A DNA stretch of 64,000 nt from Thermodesulfobacteriota bacterium (GTDB lineage: Bacteria > Desulfobacterota_D > UBA1144 > Nemesobacterales > Mycalebacteriaceae). The notes under the pieces were generated by a model. It was not told where the DNA came from. It made no database searches and saw only the letters and a list, made by a program, of their open reading frames with translations. Below are positions 1 through 9,669 of the stretch, piece by piece (within the stretch, counting starts at the first letter, position 1; every line of letters begins with the position of its first letter). The stretch lies in NCBI GenBank assembly GCA_965205855.1, contig OZ242184.1, forward strand, positions 192,001 to 256,000, in the 5' to 3' direction. Position numbers and translations under genes: made by a program.

Positions 1-1
1 G

Positions 2-640
2 GTTTTTGCCCTGCTTATTCTCCTTGAGAATTTTGGAATTCGGGTAACACCTCTGATTGCGGGTCTGGGTATTGGAGGAATCGCGGTGGCTCTTGCCGTC
101 CAGAGCGTACTTGGGGAGATTATAGCGTCGTTATCTATAATCATAGACAAACCCTTTGTTGTGGGCGACTTTATAGTGGTTGGTCAGTGCAAGGGCAATG
201 TTGAGAAAGTTGGTTTTCAAACCACGCGCATAAGAAGCATTTCGGGCGAGTTGGTTGTTCTTTCAAATAATGAGCTTATCAGAAGCACAATACAAAACTA
301 CAGAGACCTCCCCCGCCGCCGTGTTTTATTCTCCTTGGGAGTGGTTTATGAAACTGATGCGGAGAATATTGCCCGGATTCCCGATATTATCAAGGATATA
401 GTAGACAAGCATCCAAATGCCAAGCATGAAAGGGTTCATTTTGTTGAGTTCGGGGATTTTTCTCTGAATTTTGAGGTTGCTTATCATGTTTTAACAAGCG
501 ATTATGTTCTTTTTCTTGACACCAGACAGGAGATTAATTTGGAAATAATAAAGAAATTCCGCGCGCAAAACATAGATTTCGCCTATCCTACGCAAACACT
601 GATTGCTGGCAGCCGGGTTGAAGTTGACTTAAAAAAATAA
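2..640 (+). CDS. Small-conductance mechanosensitive channel (MscS family), 5'-truncated by window edge
   Basis: Frame is open from position 2. It reads LIAGLGIGGIAVALAVQ, DKPFVVGDFI, G.VEKVGFQTTRIRS and ends in IDFAYPTQTL, typical of MscS. Confidence 0.92.
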   Translation, partial: VFALLILLENFGIRVTPLIAGLGIGGIAVALAVQSVLGEIIASLSIIIDKPFVVGDFIVVGQCKGNVEKVGFQTTRIRSISGELVVLSNNELIRSTIQNYRDLPRRRVLFSLGVVYETDAENIARIPDIIKDIVDKHPNAKHERVHFVEFGDFSLNFEVAYHVLTSDYVLFLDTRQEINLEIIKKFRAQNIDFAYPTQTLIAGSRVEVDLKK

Positions 641-657
641 CAACGGAGGCTGTTTTA

Positions 658-2049
658 TTGTCAAAAAAGACACTTTGGTCAGGAAGGTTCACAAAAATCC
701 CTCATCACTTTGCGGAGCAGTTTTCCGCATCTGTGAGATTTGACAAGAAACTTGCCTTTGAAGATATTGAGGGTAGCTCCGCACATGTGCAAATGCTTGC
801 CGCGCGCAAAATTATTTCCGGAAAAAACGCAAAGTTGATACTGAAATCTCTTAAGGAAATTAAAAAGGAGATAGAAAAAGGTGTTTTCCCTTTCAGAAGC
901 GAATACGAAGATATTCACTTGAATATAGAGAAGAGGGTTATTGAAAAAATCGGCGATGTGGGCGGCATGATCCATACCGCGCGCAGCAGAAACGACCAGA
1001 TAGTTCTGGATGAAAGGCTTTATGTTAGGAAGCAAACGGAGCAAATTCTGAGTGGAATTACCGGCGTCGCGGATAAAATAATCGCTCTTGCGGAAAAGTA
1101 TTACGGTGTTGCGATGCCGCTTTATACTCATCTTCAGAGGGCGCAACCAGTGCTGGTTTCCCATCACTTGCTCGCGTATTTTGAGATGTTAAAGCGCGAC
1201 CGGATGAGATTTCAAGGCTGTCTGAAAAGAGTGAATGTAAATCCTCTGGGTGCTTGCGCGGGAGCCGGAACCTCTTTTCCCATAGACAGAAAATTGACCG
1301 CGGATTTACTGGGCTTTCCCTCCGTTAGTGCCAACAGCATAGACACTGTGAGCGACAGAGATTTTCTTGCGGAGTTTATTTTCTGCTCCGCCTCTTTGAT
1401 GGGACATCTTGGCAGGCTGTCCGAAGAGTTGGTGCTGTGGTCTTCGCTGGAGTTTGATTTCGCCGATCTTGGGGACGATTTTACAACCGGTTCAAGTATA
1501 ATGCCGCAGAAAAGAAATCCGGATATTGCCGAGCTTGTCCGCGGCAAAGGGGCGAGAGTCAACGGAAACCTTGTTTCCATACTTACGCTTCTCAAAGGGT
1601 TGCCGCTTTCCTACAACCGCGATATGCAGGAGGACAAGGAGCCGTTATTTGACACCGCACAAACCGTTGCGGACTGTCTGTCGGTTTTTACCCCCATGCT
1701 TGCGGGTTGCAAACTCAAGCCTGAAAACATGAAAAAAAGTATGAGCGAAGGGTTCATAACCGCAACCGACCTCGCGGACTATCTGGTCCGCGGCGGAATG
1801 CCGTTCAGAAAGGCACATGAGGTGTCGGGACGTATTGTCGCCCATGCCGAGAAAAACGGTAAAAATATAAGTGAACTGACCTTTGCGGAATTCAAAAAGT
1901 TTTCCCCTTCCATAAATTCCGATATATACGGCGCGCTTTCAATTGAAGGCTCAATTAAAAGCAGAAACTCTCAGGGAGGCACCTCGCCCGCCCAAGTTGG
2001 CAAGATGCTTCGCGCCGCGCGTCGTGAAATTTCAAGATGGTTCGGTTGA
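658..2049 (+). CDS. argH: Argininosuccinate lyase
   Basis: LWSGRF N-terminus, HTARSRNDQ, YTHLQRAQP, GSSIMPQKRNPD signature, YNRDMQEDKE. Confidence 0.97.
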   Translation: MSKKTLWSGRFTKIPHHFAEQFSASVRFDKKLAFEDIEGSSAHVQMLAARKIISGKNAKLILKSLKEIKKEIEKGVFPFRSEYEDIHLNIEKRVIEKIGDVGGMIHTARSRNDQIVLDERLYVRKQTEQILSGITGVADKIIALAEKYYGVAMPLYTHLQRAQPVLVSHHLLAYFEMLKRDRMRFQGCLKRVNVNPLGACAGAGTSFPIDRKLTADLLGFPSVSANSIDTVSDRDFLAEFIFCSASLMGHLGRLSEELVLWSSLEFDFADLGDDFTTGSSIMPQKRNPDIAELVRGKGARVNGNLVSILTLLKGLPLSYNRDMQEDKEPLFDTAQTVADCLSVFTPMLAGCKLKPENMKKSMSEGFITATDLADYLVRGGMPFRKAHEVSGRIVAHAEKNGKNISELTFAEFKKFSPSINSDIYGALSIEGSIKSRNSQGGTSPAQVGKMLRAARREISRWFG

Positions 2050-2394
2050 TTTTGTTTCCAGAGGAATTCTCGGAGAATCCGCCCACAGTCCTTCCAGATT
2101 GTAAAAATCACGTGCTTTGTGATGGAAAATATGCACTATCACGTCTTCTGTGCCGATAATTGCCCAGATTTTTTTTGAGCCCCCCTCTCTGTCCAGAATC
2201 CTTATTTTCTTTTTTTTGAGCGTCTTTTCAATATGGTCAAATAAGGCTTTGAGCCCCCTTTCCGAAGCCGCGTTGCATATTACAAGAAAATCCGCCACGC
2301 CGCTTGTCTCCCTGACGTCTATGATAACGGTGCGTTCAGCTTTTTTGTCAATCGCGCAATGTGCGAGAAACAGTGCTTGATGTTTTGAATTTAT
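2032..2394 (-). CDS. rsfS: Ribosome silencing factor RsfS (Iojap family); start probably non-canonical ATA at 2394
   Basis: ADFLVICNA, W...G.EDVIVHIF..ARDFYNLEGLW. The frame extends upstream of the track start as INSKHQALFLAHCAIDKKAERTVIIDVR (DKKA..I.IDV motif). It follows nadD, the usual arrangement. Confidence 0.9.
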   Translation of the reverse strand: MNSKHQALFLAHCAIDKKAERTVIIDVRETSGVADFLVICNAASERGLKALFDHIEKTLKKKKIRILDREGGSKKIWAIIGTEDVIVHIFHHKARDFYNLEGLWADSPRIPLETKSTEPS

Positions 2395-3062
2395 CTTTCG
2401 AATTCCTCGGAATACAGTTTGCGGCTCTTTATAAAATCTCCGACCGCTACGGGAACAAGATGTTCAAATGCCGTTCCGTTTTTGACGCGTTTTCTTATCT
2501 CCGTTGATGAAATATCCGGAGCCTTTATTTTCACAAATGAAAGCGTTGAGCCGCTCTTGTGAATAAAATACAAATCTCCCATTACGTTTCTATCATATAG
2601 AAAATCCCCCTTAATCTCAAAGGGAGGTTCGGGTTTGTTTTCAACATCTGTTCCGGTCCTTGATATTACCGCGACGTTTGAGCTTTTAAAAATTTCCTTG
2701 AAATTCTTCCATTTTTCCATGTCCAAAAAAATTTCGTGTCCCATTACAAGCCAAAGAGAATTGTCCTCCCGGCGCGCTTTCCACAGACGCAGGGTTTCCA
2801 CCGTATATGAAACGGATTTTTTCTCGACTTCCACGGGTGAGACTTCAAGCCCGTCAATTCCAGACACGGCAAGTTTCAACATTTGAAGACGTTTGTCCGC
2901 AGGCGCTTGTGCACCTTTGTTTTTCAACGGATTTTGATAATTTGGCACAAAAACCACTCTGTCCAGACCGAGTTTTTTTCTGATTTGAACTGAAGCCTGT
3001 ATGTGCCCGTTGTGAACTGGGTCGAAGCTGCCTCCCAGCAAGGCGGTTTTTTTTGTCGTCAC
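2391..3062 (-). CDS. nadD: Nicotinate-nucleotide adenylyltransferase
   Basis: GGSFDPVHNGH, SYTVETL, ISSTEIR motifs. Confidence 0.95.
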   Translation of the reverse strand: MTTKKTALLGGSFDPVHNGHIQASVQIRKKLGLDRVVFVPNYQNPLKNKGAQAPADKRLQMLKLAVSGIDGLEVSPVEVEKKSVSYTVETLRLWKARREDNSLWLVMGHEIFLDMEKWKNFKEIFKSSNVAVISRTGTDVENKPEPPFEIKGDFLYDRNVMGDLYFIHKSGSTLSFVKIKAPDISSTEIRKRVKNGTAFEHLVPVAVGDFIKSRKLYSEEFER

Positions 3063-4177
3063 AATTCCGGATACGCCTCCACAATTATGGTTTCAGCCGT
3101 CTTTTGCACTTTCGCAAAAGTTATTCTTTTCGCGTTTTTGACAAGTTTTGTCCCGATTGAAGAAAACATGTCCGTTCCGTCCCCCCCTATGATTAAAGGA
3201 GAGTAGAAAAAAACCATTTTATCCACGATTTTTTCCTTCAGCGCCGAAGCTGCAATTTTGCTCCCGCCTTCAATTAAAACCGATTGAATTTTTCGGCGCG
3301 CCAGTTTTTTCATTAAATCCCTTATCGAAATTCCTCCTGCGGAGTTTTTTTTGATGCGTAATATTTCAACTCCTCGCTCCCTCATTACTCGTGTTTTTTT
3401 CTCCGAGGCGCCGGGAGCGGTTGCAATTATTACATTGTCTCTTTCAAGCAATTTTGCCTTCGGGGGGATTTTTAAATTTGTGTCTGCCACAACACAGGCA
3501 GGCTGGCGTGTCGCTTTTACAAGTCTCACATCCAGACTGGGGTTATCTTTTCTGACCGTTTCAACACCCACAAGGACGGCGTCGCAGCGTTGTCTCAGAA
3601 TGTGTGAGAATTTCCTTTGCGATTCATTTCCTATCCATTTTGAGTCTCCCGTGCCGGTCGCTATCTTACCGTCCGCAGATGCGGACAGTTTCAGAATTAC
3701 AAACGGAAGTCCCGTTTTTATGTTTTTGAAAAATATCTCGTTTATATTTTCACATTGCTCCTTAAGAACGCCTTTTTTGACCGCAATTCCGTTTTTTTTA
3801 AGAATGCCGGCTCCGCCTCTGATCCGGGGGTTGGGGTCTTCACAACCGATAAAAACTTCCGATATACCGCTTTTTATAATTGCCTCACAACACGCCGGGG
3901 TGTTTTTCCCCTCGTATGTCCGTGCGCAAGGTTCAAGGGTGACATACATGGCTGTGCCCCGCACGGAACGCCCTTTCCGTTTGCAATCTTCAAGTGCTTC
4001 CACCTCGGCGTGAGCCATACCGTACCGCCTGTGCCAGCCGCGTCCGATAATTTTCCCGTTTTTCACTATTACCGCGCCGACAAGAGGATTCGGGCTTACA
4101 GCTCCCTCTCCCTTTTGTGCCAGTACCAGAGCGTGTTTCATAAATTTTGTTTGTCTGTCTTCCAAATTGCCAACCAT
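3059..4177 (-). CDS. ribD: Bifunctional riboflavin deaminase/reductase RibD
   Basis: PNPLVGAVIV, HAE, YVTLEPC, SADGKIA, VLIEGG. ATG at 4177, one base after the ftsY stop, is preferred over the track start at 4285. Confidence 0.95.
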   Translation of the reverse strand: MVGNLEDRQTKFMKHALVLAQKGEGAVSPNPLVGAVIVKNGKIIGRGWHRRYGMAHAEVEALEDCKRKGRSVRGTAMYVTLEPCARTYEGKNTPACCEAIIKSGISEVFIGCEDPNPRIRGGAGILKKNGIAVKKGVLKEQCENINEIFFKNIKTGLPFVILKLSASADGKIATGTGDSKWIGNESQRKFSHILRQRCDAVLVGVETVRKDNPSLDVRLVKATRQPACVVADTNLKIPPKAKLLERDNVIIATAPGASEKKTRVMRERGVEILRIKKNSAGGISIRDLMKKLARRKIQSVLIEGGSKIAASALKEKIVDKMVFFYSPLIIGGDGTDMFSSIGTKLVKNAKRITFAKVQKTAETIIVEAYPEL

Positions 4178-4178
4178 T

Positions 4179-5345
4179 TTAATCAAAAAGCGCAGAAGTA
4201 AAATGCCCAGGATTAAATCCGGCAAGATCTTCGATTCCCTCACCGGTCCCGATATACATGACCGGTATTTTAAATTCTTCCGCAATCGCCATGAGAATTC
4301 CGCCTTTTGCCGTTCCGTCCAGCTTTGTAAGAATTATGCCGGTTACACCGACCGCCTCGTGAAACATTCCGACCTGCCGTATGGCGTTTTGCCCGGTAGT
4401 TGCGTCAATAACAAGAAAAACCTCATGCGGCGCGCCCTCATGGGCTTTTCCAATGACTTTTTTTATTTTTGCGAGTTCGTCCATGAGGTTCGTTTTTGTA
4501 TGAAGTCTTCCCGCCGTGTCCACTATTACCACATCGCAGTTTTTTGCTTTTCCCGCTTTGATCGCATCAAATGCCACGGCTGAAGGATCTGTTTTCGGGT
4601 CTCCTTTTGTGAATTCGCTTTCGCTCGCACGAGCCCATTGCTCAAGTTGTTCGGTTGCCGCGGCCCTGAAAGTGTCCGCGGCGGCAAGCATGATTTTTTT
4701 ATTTTCCGACCGGAACATACGGGCAAGTTTTCCTGCCGTTGTTGTTTTGCCGGTGCCGTTTACACCGACAACCATAATGATTTCGGGTTTTTCTGCAGAA
4801 TTGTCCGTGTCCCGTTTTTTTTCACGCGATACTTTTTTCAGTATCTCCTCGGTCTCTTTTGTCAGGGCGTCTTTTATTTTTTCATAGTCCCTGCGGTCTT
4901 TGCCGGAAAGTTGTTTTTCAACACGTGCTCTTATTTTCCCCGCGACTTTGACCCCGGTGTCCGCGACCACAAGTAGCTCCTCAAACTCTTCCCATATACG
5001 CTCGTCGGATTTTCCGTTTAAGACAATTTCCTCAAGGCGCGAAAGCACACTGTTGCGGCTTTTCAGAAGACTTTTTCTTAATTTTTCAAGCGGTTTTTCA
5101 TCGGTTGTTTTATTTTTAGATTCCCGTGTCCGTTCTTTAACCGGCGGCTCGCCTGTGTCTTCGGCTTCCCTTTTATTTTTCTCCTCCGGTGCCGAAGCCG
5201 CGGTTTTTTTCAACATGGCGTTTCTCAGCAGGAAAAACACCACAGCAACCGCGGCCCCTCCTCCGGCGAAAGGGAGAAACTTCAACAGGGTTTCATTCTG
5301 GAGATAGACGGGAAGACTTTTCAGGATTTGAATTAGACTGTTCAA
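4179..5345 (-). CDS. ftsY: SRP receptor FtsY with N-terminal membrane anchor
   Basis: GVNGTGKTTT, DTFRAAA, DTAGR, TKLDGTAKGG; hydrophobic N-terminal segment. Confidence 0.96.
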   Translation of the reverse strand: MNSLIQILKSLPVYLQNETLLKFLPFAGGGAAVAVVFFLLRNAMLKKTAASAPEEKNKREAEDTGEPPVKERTRESKNKTTDEKPLEKLRKSLLKSRNSVLSRLEEIVLNGKSDERIWEEFEELLVVADTGVKVAGKIRARVEKQLSGKDRRDYEKIKDALTKETEEILKKVSREKKRDTDNSAEKPEIIMVVGVNGTGKTTTAGKLARMFRSENKKIMLAAADTFRAAATEQLEQWARASESEFTKGDPKTDPSAVAFDAIKAGKAKNCDVVIVDTAGRLHTKTNLMDELAKIKKVIGKAHEGAPHEVFLVIDATTGQNAIRQVGMFHEAVGVTGIILTKLDGTAKGGILMAIAEEFKIPVMYIGTGEGIEDLAGFNPGHFTSALFD

Positions 5346-6073
5346 CGCTGTTCAGATGTGCCGCTTTTCCAAACGGCTTTTCCCACAAAAAAGGGACCGA
5401 GCTCATCTATATATTCGGCAGTCTGCCTTGTTTTTCTCATCGCTTGAACAACCGATGAGAGAGGGTGCAGATTTTTTCCAAGAAGCCCTATGACAAAGTC
5501 ATTGTCTTTTGCGTCAAGTCCGTGGCACGCGAGCCGTATGTCTTTTGCAAAACCCGCCTCGCCGTATTTGAATCCCAATTTCCCGTGTTCGCCGAGTATG
5601 GATCTTTTTTCATCCTCTCCAAGAGATTCAAACTGTTTTGTTCTGCGAAGGGGATACCAGACAGCCCACGACCAGTCCGGATCAAGAATTTTCCTCCTCG
5701 GTCCACATACAAGAGTTTCATCAAGATCGCTTTCATAACCAAGGGAGTAGGTTCTTCCAAACATCGCGTATTCGCTTTTGAAATTTAGTGAATTGAACGG
5801 CGGGGCGTTCAGAAACCGTCTCAGTTCTTCCACAAAAAAATTCTCGTCCTCGCTCATAAAAACCGTTCCTATACCCGACGGGTCTGTAAGGTCTGTGTAA
5901 AGCGCGCATGAAAATCCGGTTTCTTCAAGAACAGACCCGACTTGACTCTCGTCTGTGACACCGCCGAAGGCGAGAAATTGAACAAACAGACGCCTGTCGC
6001 TCAGGATTTTCTCGCCGTCTCTGGACCTTCCTTTTTCTTCTATGTTGATTTTTTCGCCTTCGCTCCTATTCAT
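5342..6073 (-). CDS. Chlorite dismutase-family heme protein, likely coproheme decarboxylase-like (ChdC/HemQ)
   Basis: WYPLRR..F..L...E...LGEHGKLG..Y (proximal His), GLD..DNDFVIGL, QAMRKT.QTA.Y...GPFFVG. Confidence 0.8.
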   Translation of the reverse strand: MNRSEGEKINIEEKGRSRDGEKILSDRRLFVQFLAFGGVTDESQVGSVLEETGFSCALYTDLTDPSGIGTVFMSEDENFFVEELRRFLNAPPFNSLNFKSEYAMFGRTYSLGYESDLDETLVCGPRRKILDPDWSWAVWYPLRRTKQFESLGEDEKRSILGEHGKLGFKYGEAGFAKDIRLACHGLDAKDNDFVIGLLGKNLHPLSSVVQAMRKTRQTAEYIDELGPFFVGKAVWKSGTSEQR

Positions 6074-6156
6074 TCAACCCGTGCCTACGCGGATGGTAAT
6101 GTTAACACGCAATTTTCGTTACAAACACACTTGCTCCGAAAAACAGGTTTTTCTTT

Positions 6157-6774
6157 TCAGACTACTTTCGCGATTTTTGATATGAAATTGTCTATCTGCG
6201 GGGATTTCAGTTTCATTCCCGCTTTGTTCACAACCAGCCGTGCCGTAACGTCCGCGATGAAGTCTGTTTCGACAATTTTGTTTTCCTTCATTGTTTTGCC
6301 GGTTGCCGTCAGATCAACTATAAGATCCGAAAGACCTACAACGGCGGCGAGCTCAACCGAGCCGTAAAGTTTGACAATCTCCGCGCGGATTTTTTTCTCT
6401 TCAAACCATTCTCCCGCTATATGGGGATATTTTGTCGCAACACGTACGGTTCCGCCGTCCGGGAATTTATATCCTTCCAGAGCGGCTACTATCATTCTGC
6501 ACTTTCCTATTCCAAGGTCCAAAGGCTCGTAAAGGTTGTGTTCCTGCTCCATAAGCAGGTCTTTGCCCACTATGCCGCAGTCCGCCACCCCGTACTCAAC
6601 ATACGAGGGAACGTCGGTTGGCCGGACGACAAAAAGCGTCAGCTCTTGCTCTTCTATTTCGTGTATGAGTTTTCTTGAGGTTGTCGCCTCTTTTTTTACG
6701 TAAATTCCCGCTTTCGCAAGAACTTCAAGAGATTCCTCAAAAAGTCTTCCGCGCGATACCGCTATCTTGATCAT
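6157..6774 (-). CDS. hisG: ATP phosphoribosyltransferase, short form
   Basis: IAVSRGRL, DVPSYVEYGVADCGIVGKD, ATKYP, LYGSVELA, DLTATGKT. ATG at 6774 overlaps the murA stop (ATGA). Confidence 0.95.
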   Translation of the reverse strand: MIKIAVSRGRLFEESLEVLAKAGIYVKKEATTSRKLIHEIEEQELTLFVVRPTDVPSYVEYGVADCGIVGKDLLMEQEHNLYEPLDLGIGKCRMIVAALEGYKFPDGGTVRVATKYPHIAGEWFEEKKIRAEIVKLYGSVELAAVVGLSDLIVDLTATGKTMKENKIVETDFIADVTARLVVNKAGMKLKSPQIDNFISKIAKVV

Positions 6775-8027
6775 TCTTTTTCCCTCCACACGCTTGCTCC
6801 CAGCTGCTCAAGCTTTTTATCAAGTCTTTCATACCCTCTGTCCATGTGATAAACCCTGCTTATTTCGGTTCTGCCAACCGCCGCGGCTCCGGCAACCACA
6901 AGCGCCGCACTTGCCCTCAAATCGCTCGCCATTGTCTGCGCGCCCTTGATTGATTCCACCCCTTTTACCACTGCGGTGCTGCCAATCAGTTTTATGTCCG
7001 CGCCCATTCTTTTCATTTCCGCCACATGCATGAATCTCTGCGGAAATATGTTTTCCGTTATTATGCTCACGCCCCGTCCCGCGCACATAAGCGCCATAAA
7101 CTGCGCCTGCATATCGGTCGGGAATCCGGGGTAGGGAAGGGTTGTTATATCCGTGCATTCCGCCCTCCCGCTTGCGCTTACATATATTCCGGAATCGGTT
7201 TCGCGCACCTCGGTTCCGGCTTTGATAAGTTTTCCGCAAAGCGTTCCGAGGTGGTCAAATCTGCACCCTTTTATCAAAGCTCCGCCGCCGGTCACCGCAA
7301 CGGCTATCATAAGCGTTCCCGCCTCTATTCTATCAGGGATTACTTCATAGTTTTCGAGCGGTTTCAGCGAAGAGACGCCTTTTATCCTCAAAATGTCAGT
7401 TCCTATTCCCCTGATGTCCGCTCCCATTTTGTTCAAAGCGGTCGCGAGGTCAGTTACCTCCGGCTCGCAAGCCGTGTTGTAAATAACGGTTTCGCCTTCC
7501 GCCAGAACGGCGGAAAGCATAAGATTCTCCGTTCCCGTAACCGTTGACATATCAAAAGGCACCACCGTTCCTTTCATTTTGTCAGCGGAGGTTTCGACAT
7601 ATCCGCTTTCGATGTTTATGCGCGCTCCGAGCATTTCCAGTCCCTTCATATGCTGATCAATGGGTCTTTCCCCGATTGAACATCCTCCCGGCAAAGACAC
7701 CCGTGCCTTGCCAAAACGCGCCGTGAGAGGCCCCAGCGTGAGCACCGAGGCTCTCATCTGTTTTACCATTTCATATTTTGTAACCCAACTCCCGATTCCC
7801 GATGAATCTATTGAAAGAAGCCTGCCATCGCGCCGGACTTTTGCCCCGAGGTCTCTCAGGATGTCTTCCATTACGCTCACATCTCTGAGGTCGGGGACAT
7901 TTGTGAAGGTGTTTTCTCCGCTGTTGAGAATACACGCGGCCATAAGCGGCAAAATGGAGTTCTTTGAACCGCTTACCGAAACTTCCCCTTTGAGCGGCGT
8001 GCCGCCCTCAATGACTATTTTTTCCAA
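6771..8027 (-). CDS. murA: UDP-N-acetylglucosamine 1-carboxyvinyltransferase
   Basis: SGSKNS, MRAS, LPGGCSIGERP (catalytic Cys), PDRIEAGT, YPGFPTDMQ, DLRA. Confidence 0.97.
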   Translation of the reverse strand: MEKIVIEGGTPLKGEVSVSGSKNSILPLMAACILNSGENTFTNVPDLRDVSVMEDILRDLGAKVRRDGRLLSIDSSGIGSWVTKYEMVKQMRASVLTLGPLTARFGKARVSLPGGCSIGERPIDQHMKGLEMLGARINIESGYVETSADKMKGTVVPFDMSTVTGTENLMLSAVLAEGETVIYNTACEPEVTDLATALNKMGADIRGIGTDILRIKGVSSLKPLENYEVIPDRIEAGTLMIAVAVTGGGALIKGCRFDHLGTLCGKLIKAGTEVRETDSGIYVSASGRAECTDITTLPYPGFPTDMQAQFMALMCAGRGVSIITENIFPQRFMHVAEMKRMGADIKLIGSTAVVKGVESIKGAQTMASDLRASAALVVAGAAAVGRTEISRVYHMDRGYERLDKKLEQLGASVWREKE

Positions 8028-8869
8028 ATTCCGGTAACCACCCTTGCCTTGCCGTGGATATCATTGAGCGTTGATATATCTGAAAATCCGCCTTTCTCAA
8101 AAAAACCGGCGCACTTTTGCGCCTGTCCGTCTCCGACTTCAACAATGCAACATCCTCCCGCGCGCATGACCCGCGGGGCGTCCAAAACAATTTTTCTTGT
8201 ATGCTCAAATCCGTCTTCGCCGCTCAAAAGCGCGAGCGCGGGTTCAAAGCCGCGCACTTCTTCGGGCAGCGTTTCAAACTCTTTCTCCGACACATAGGGA
8301 GGGTTGGAGATAACCATATCCGTGCAACCGTCTCCGAAACATGAGAGCGTGTCTCCCAGAATGAAACTGATATCAGCGCCCAGCGCGTGGGCGTTGCGCC
8401 GTGCTTCTTTCAACGCCGCGGCGGATATGTCGGAAGCGGCAACCCGGATATCCGGTCTTTCTTTCTTCAGGGTTACGGCTATGCAGCCGCTTCCGGTTCC
8501 CACATCCACCACATGGGATTTTTTCCCGGGCGGGATTTTTTCAAGCGCCGCTTCAACAACTGTCTCGGTTTCGGAACGTGGAATCAACACCGCCGGACTG
8601 ACGGAAAAACAGCGCGAGAAAAACTCGCGAACTCCTGTGGTGTATGCGCATGGTTCGTTTTTCAGCCGTCTTTTCACGCGGTTTTCACACTCAAGCGTCT
8701 CTTGCGATTTCAAAACTGTTTCGGGTTTTGTATGAACCGCCCCGGCGGGTTGTCCCGTAACGGAGCAGAGAATAACGGACGCTTCAAGCCCAGGATTTTC
8801 AATCCCGCGGGCGCGGAACCGCTCTCTTGTTTCTTGGTACAGGGTTCCCAGATTTGTTTCAAAGCTCAT
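8015..8869 (-). CDS. prmC: Release factor glutamine N5-methyltransferase
   Basis: VLIPRSETE, DVGTGSGCIA, SNPPY. Confidence 0.95.
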   Translation of the reverse strand: MSFETNLGTLYQETRERFRARGIENPGLEASVILCSVTGQPAGAVHTKPETVLKSQETLECENRVKRRLKNEPCAYTTGVREFFSRCFSVSPAVLIPRSETETVVEAALEKIPPGKKSHVVDVGTGSGCIAVTLKKERPDIRVAASDISAAALKEARRNAHALGADISFILGDTLSCFGDGCTDMVISNPPYVSEKEFETLPEEVRGFEPALALLSGEDGFEHTRKIVLDAPRVMRAGGCCIVEVGDGQAQKCAGFFEKGGFSDISTLNDIHGKARVVTGIWKK

Positions 8870-8976
8870 TTGAGGAAGTCCGCCCTTAAGTTATGCCGGA
8901 CGATTAGATTGTATATGCGTGCCAAGGGTTTTCAAAACTTCGGCAAAGACGGGGTCTGCTGGTAGAATTAGGGACA

Positions 8977-9669
8977 ATGACGATTCAAAGCCGCCTTGCG
9001 GATGTGAGGAAAAGGATAGATTCCGCCGCTCAAAGGGCGGGAAGAAGTGGCGACGAGGTTTTGCTTGTGGCCGTAAGTAAAACCGTCAGCCCTGAAACGG
9101 TTGCCGCCGCTGCGAGTGCACGGATGTGTGATTTCGGAGAAAACTACGCGCAGGAGTTGCGCGGCAAACTCGCTTTTTTCGAGTCAAAAGGCATGAGTGC
9201 GCGGTGGCATTTTGTCGGGCGGCTTCAGAAAAACAAGGTAAAGTATGTTGTAGGCAACTGCCGTTTAATACACTCGGTTGACAGTACGGTTCTTGCCGAA
9301 GAGATAGACAAAAGAGCCCGGAACTTGGGAATAGAAGCGCAGATACTTATAGAGATAAATCAGGACAGTCCTTCAAAGGGTGGTGTGAAGCCTGAAGAAG
9401 CCCGCGCGCTTTTTGAGTTTGCAAGTGGTCTTGGTAGTGTCTGCGCACGTGGACTTATGGCGATGCCTCCTTATTGCGGCAGTCCGGACGGTTCAAGGCG
9501 CTATTTCAGAGAGGCAAGAGATTTAAGCGGTTCACTGCAGCCGGATTTTCCCGATGCGGTTGAACTTTCAATGGGAATGAGCGCAGACTTTGAGGCGGCC
9601 GTTGAGGAAGGGGCGACAATGGTGCGTATTGGCTCGCTTATATTCGGCGAGCGAGAGCGGGATTTATGA
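8977..9669 (+). CDS. yggS: PLP homeostasis protein (YggS family)
   Basis: LVAVSKT, FGENYAQE, WHFVGRLQKNK, LSMGMSADF, GATMVRIG. Confidence 0.95.
   Translation: MTIQSRLADVRKRIDSAAQRAGRSGDEVLLVAVSKTVSPETVAAAASARMCDFGENYAQELRGKLAFFESKGMSARWHFVGRLQKNKVKYVVGNCRLIHSVDSTVLAEEIDKRARNLGIEAQILIEINQDSPSKGGVKPEEARALFEFASGLGSVCARGLMAMPPYCGSPDGSRRYFREARDLSGSLQPDFPDAVELSMGMSADFEAAVEEGATMVRIGSLIFGERERDL

Noticed and set aside
4178-4285. ORF-track upstream extensions of ribD (and likewise metG, ilvD, coaBC, cofG, cofH, aldehyde dehydrogenase, tmk)
   Set aside because: They overlap neighbouring genes or promoters and precede the conserved N-termini, so downstream starts were chosen.
5342-6073. True chlorite dismutase
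   Set aside because: The distal catalytic Arg appears to be absent and there is no signal peptide.
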